Shown piece by piece: positions 63,143 to 64,000 of a stretch of 64,000 nt of DNA (within the stretch, counting starts at the first letter, position 1; each line of letters starts with the position of its first letter). The position numbers and the translations under genes were made by a program. The notes beneath the pieces are model-generated. The model saw only the letters and a list, made by a program, of their open reading frames with translations, was not told the DNA's origin and made no database searches. This DNA comes from Octopus sinensis (lineage: Eukaryota). Location: positions 106,144,001 to 106,208,000 of the forward strand of contig NC_042997.1 in NCBI RefSeq assembly GCF_006345805.1. Direction: 5' to 3'.

Positions 63143-64000
63143 CTAAAATTATTTTTTTTAATATCAATCTAAAGGTAGAAAAAATTGTAATAAATCAAGA
63201 ATTCTTGTTGTATGGTATTTGATATACCTGTATTTGTCTATGTTGTTCAAATGCATGCCACTGACCTCTCTCAGTTATTTCTCTTAACACCTTTTTGTTT
63301 AAATTATGCAAATTATCTAGTCCTTTATGGGTTCTACACTTTTTGTATAAGTCTAAGTCCCTTGGCTTCTTGAGTTAAGTTTGGATAATTGTCATGCTGA
63401 TGATTCCAATTGAGGTAGAAACACATGTCTACGACTGTCCTCTTGTCTCCAGACAACAAACATCTCCTTTTCCTTAATGGTATATCAACTTTGGAAGAGT
63501 TTTGATTTCAGAGATAACTTCCCCTTCTTATGTGGAGCTGGTCTGAATTTGCCTTTTGGTAATTATGATACGTTTTCTTGAGGAGAAGATAATTTTGATT
63601 AATCAAGAATGTCGTACGGTATTTGCTACACCATGAATGTATATGTGTGCCTGGAATTTTTATTCGTTTCAGTCAACTGGACAGCAACCATGCTGCAGCA
63701 GTGCCCTGAAGTATTTTGTCGAAGAAATTGACTCCAGTATATATTCTATTGGTTTGCTTTGCAAAATTGTTAAGTTATGAGGACATAAACAAACTATCAC
63801 CAGTTGTCAACTAGCAGGTGGGGTAACAGACATATACACATAATACACTCATACATACACACATGCATACATACATGCATGCACACACATACGTACATGC
63901 ATACAGACACACACATACATACATATATACACACATATATACATACGCACATACATACACACGTACGTACGTACATAAATACATACATACATGCATACAC

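Overview
AT-rich, microsatellite-saturated eukaryotic DNA. The repeat families point to a coleoid cephalopod, most likely Octopus (inference from recalled repeat families, not a database hit). One host gene can be rebuilt by hand on the minus strand. It has seven GT-AG-bounded coding exons (60681-60725, 44091-44156, 30030-30098, 29473-29564, 29250-29349, 27217-27354, 24592-24822) that splice in frame to 246 aa. Its first ~133 aa align with the DUF4476 N-terminus of PROSER1 as I recall it, but there is no long Pro/Ser tail. The rest is mostly mobile DNA: three tRNA-derived SINE families, several Penelope-like element (PLE) remnants, CR1-type and R4-like LINE pieces, Tc1/mariner relics, MITEs and non-autonomous Helitrons. 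Most interesting: (i) a head-to-tail array of three Tx1-clade LINEs, each joined at both ends to (TATC)n; (ii) minimal hammerhead ribozymes at PLE ends, two apparently intact with compensatory 3-8 core pairs (U3-A8 and A3-U8); (iii) a tRNA-like Pol III promoter next to a hammerhead at a PLE 3' end; (iv) a chimeric SINE+flank insertion with an 18-bp TSD, copied from a site 7.5 kb away; (v) SINE multimers with recurrent junctions. There is a 100-N gap at 16352-16451. All alignments were done by eye; repeat boundaries are approximate unless a TSD or TIR is quoted.
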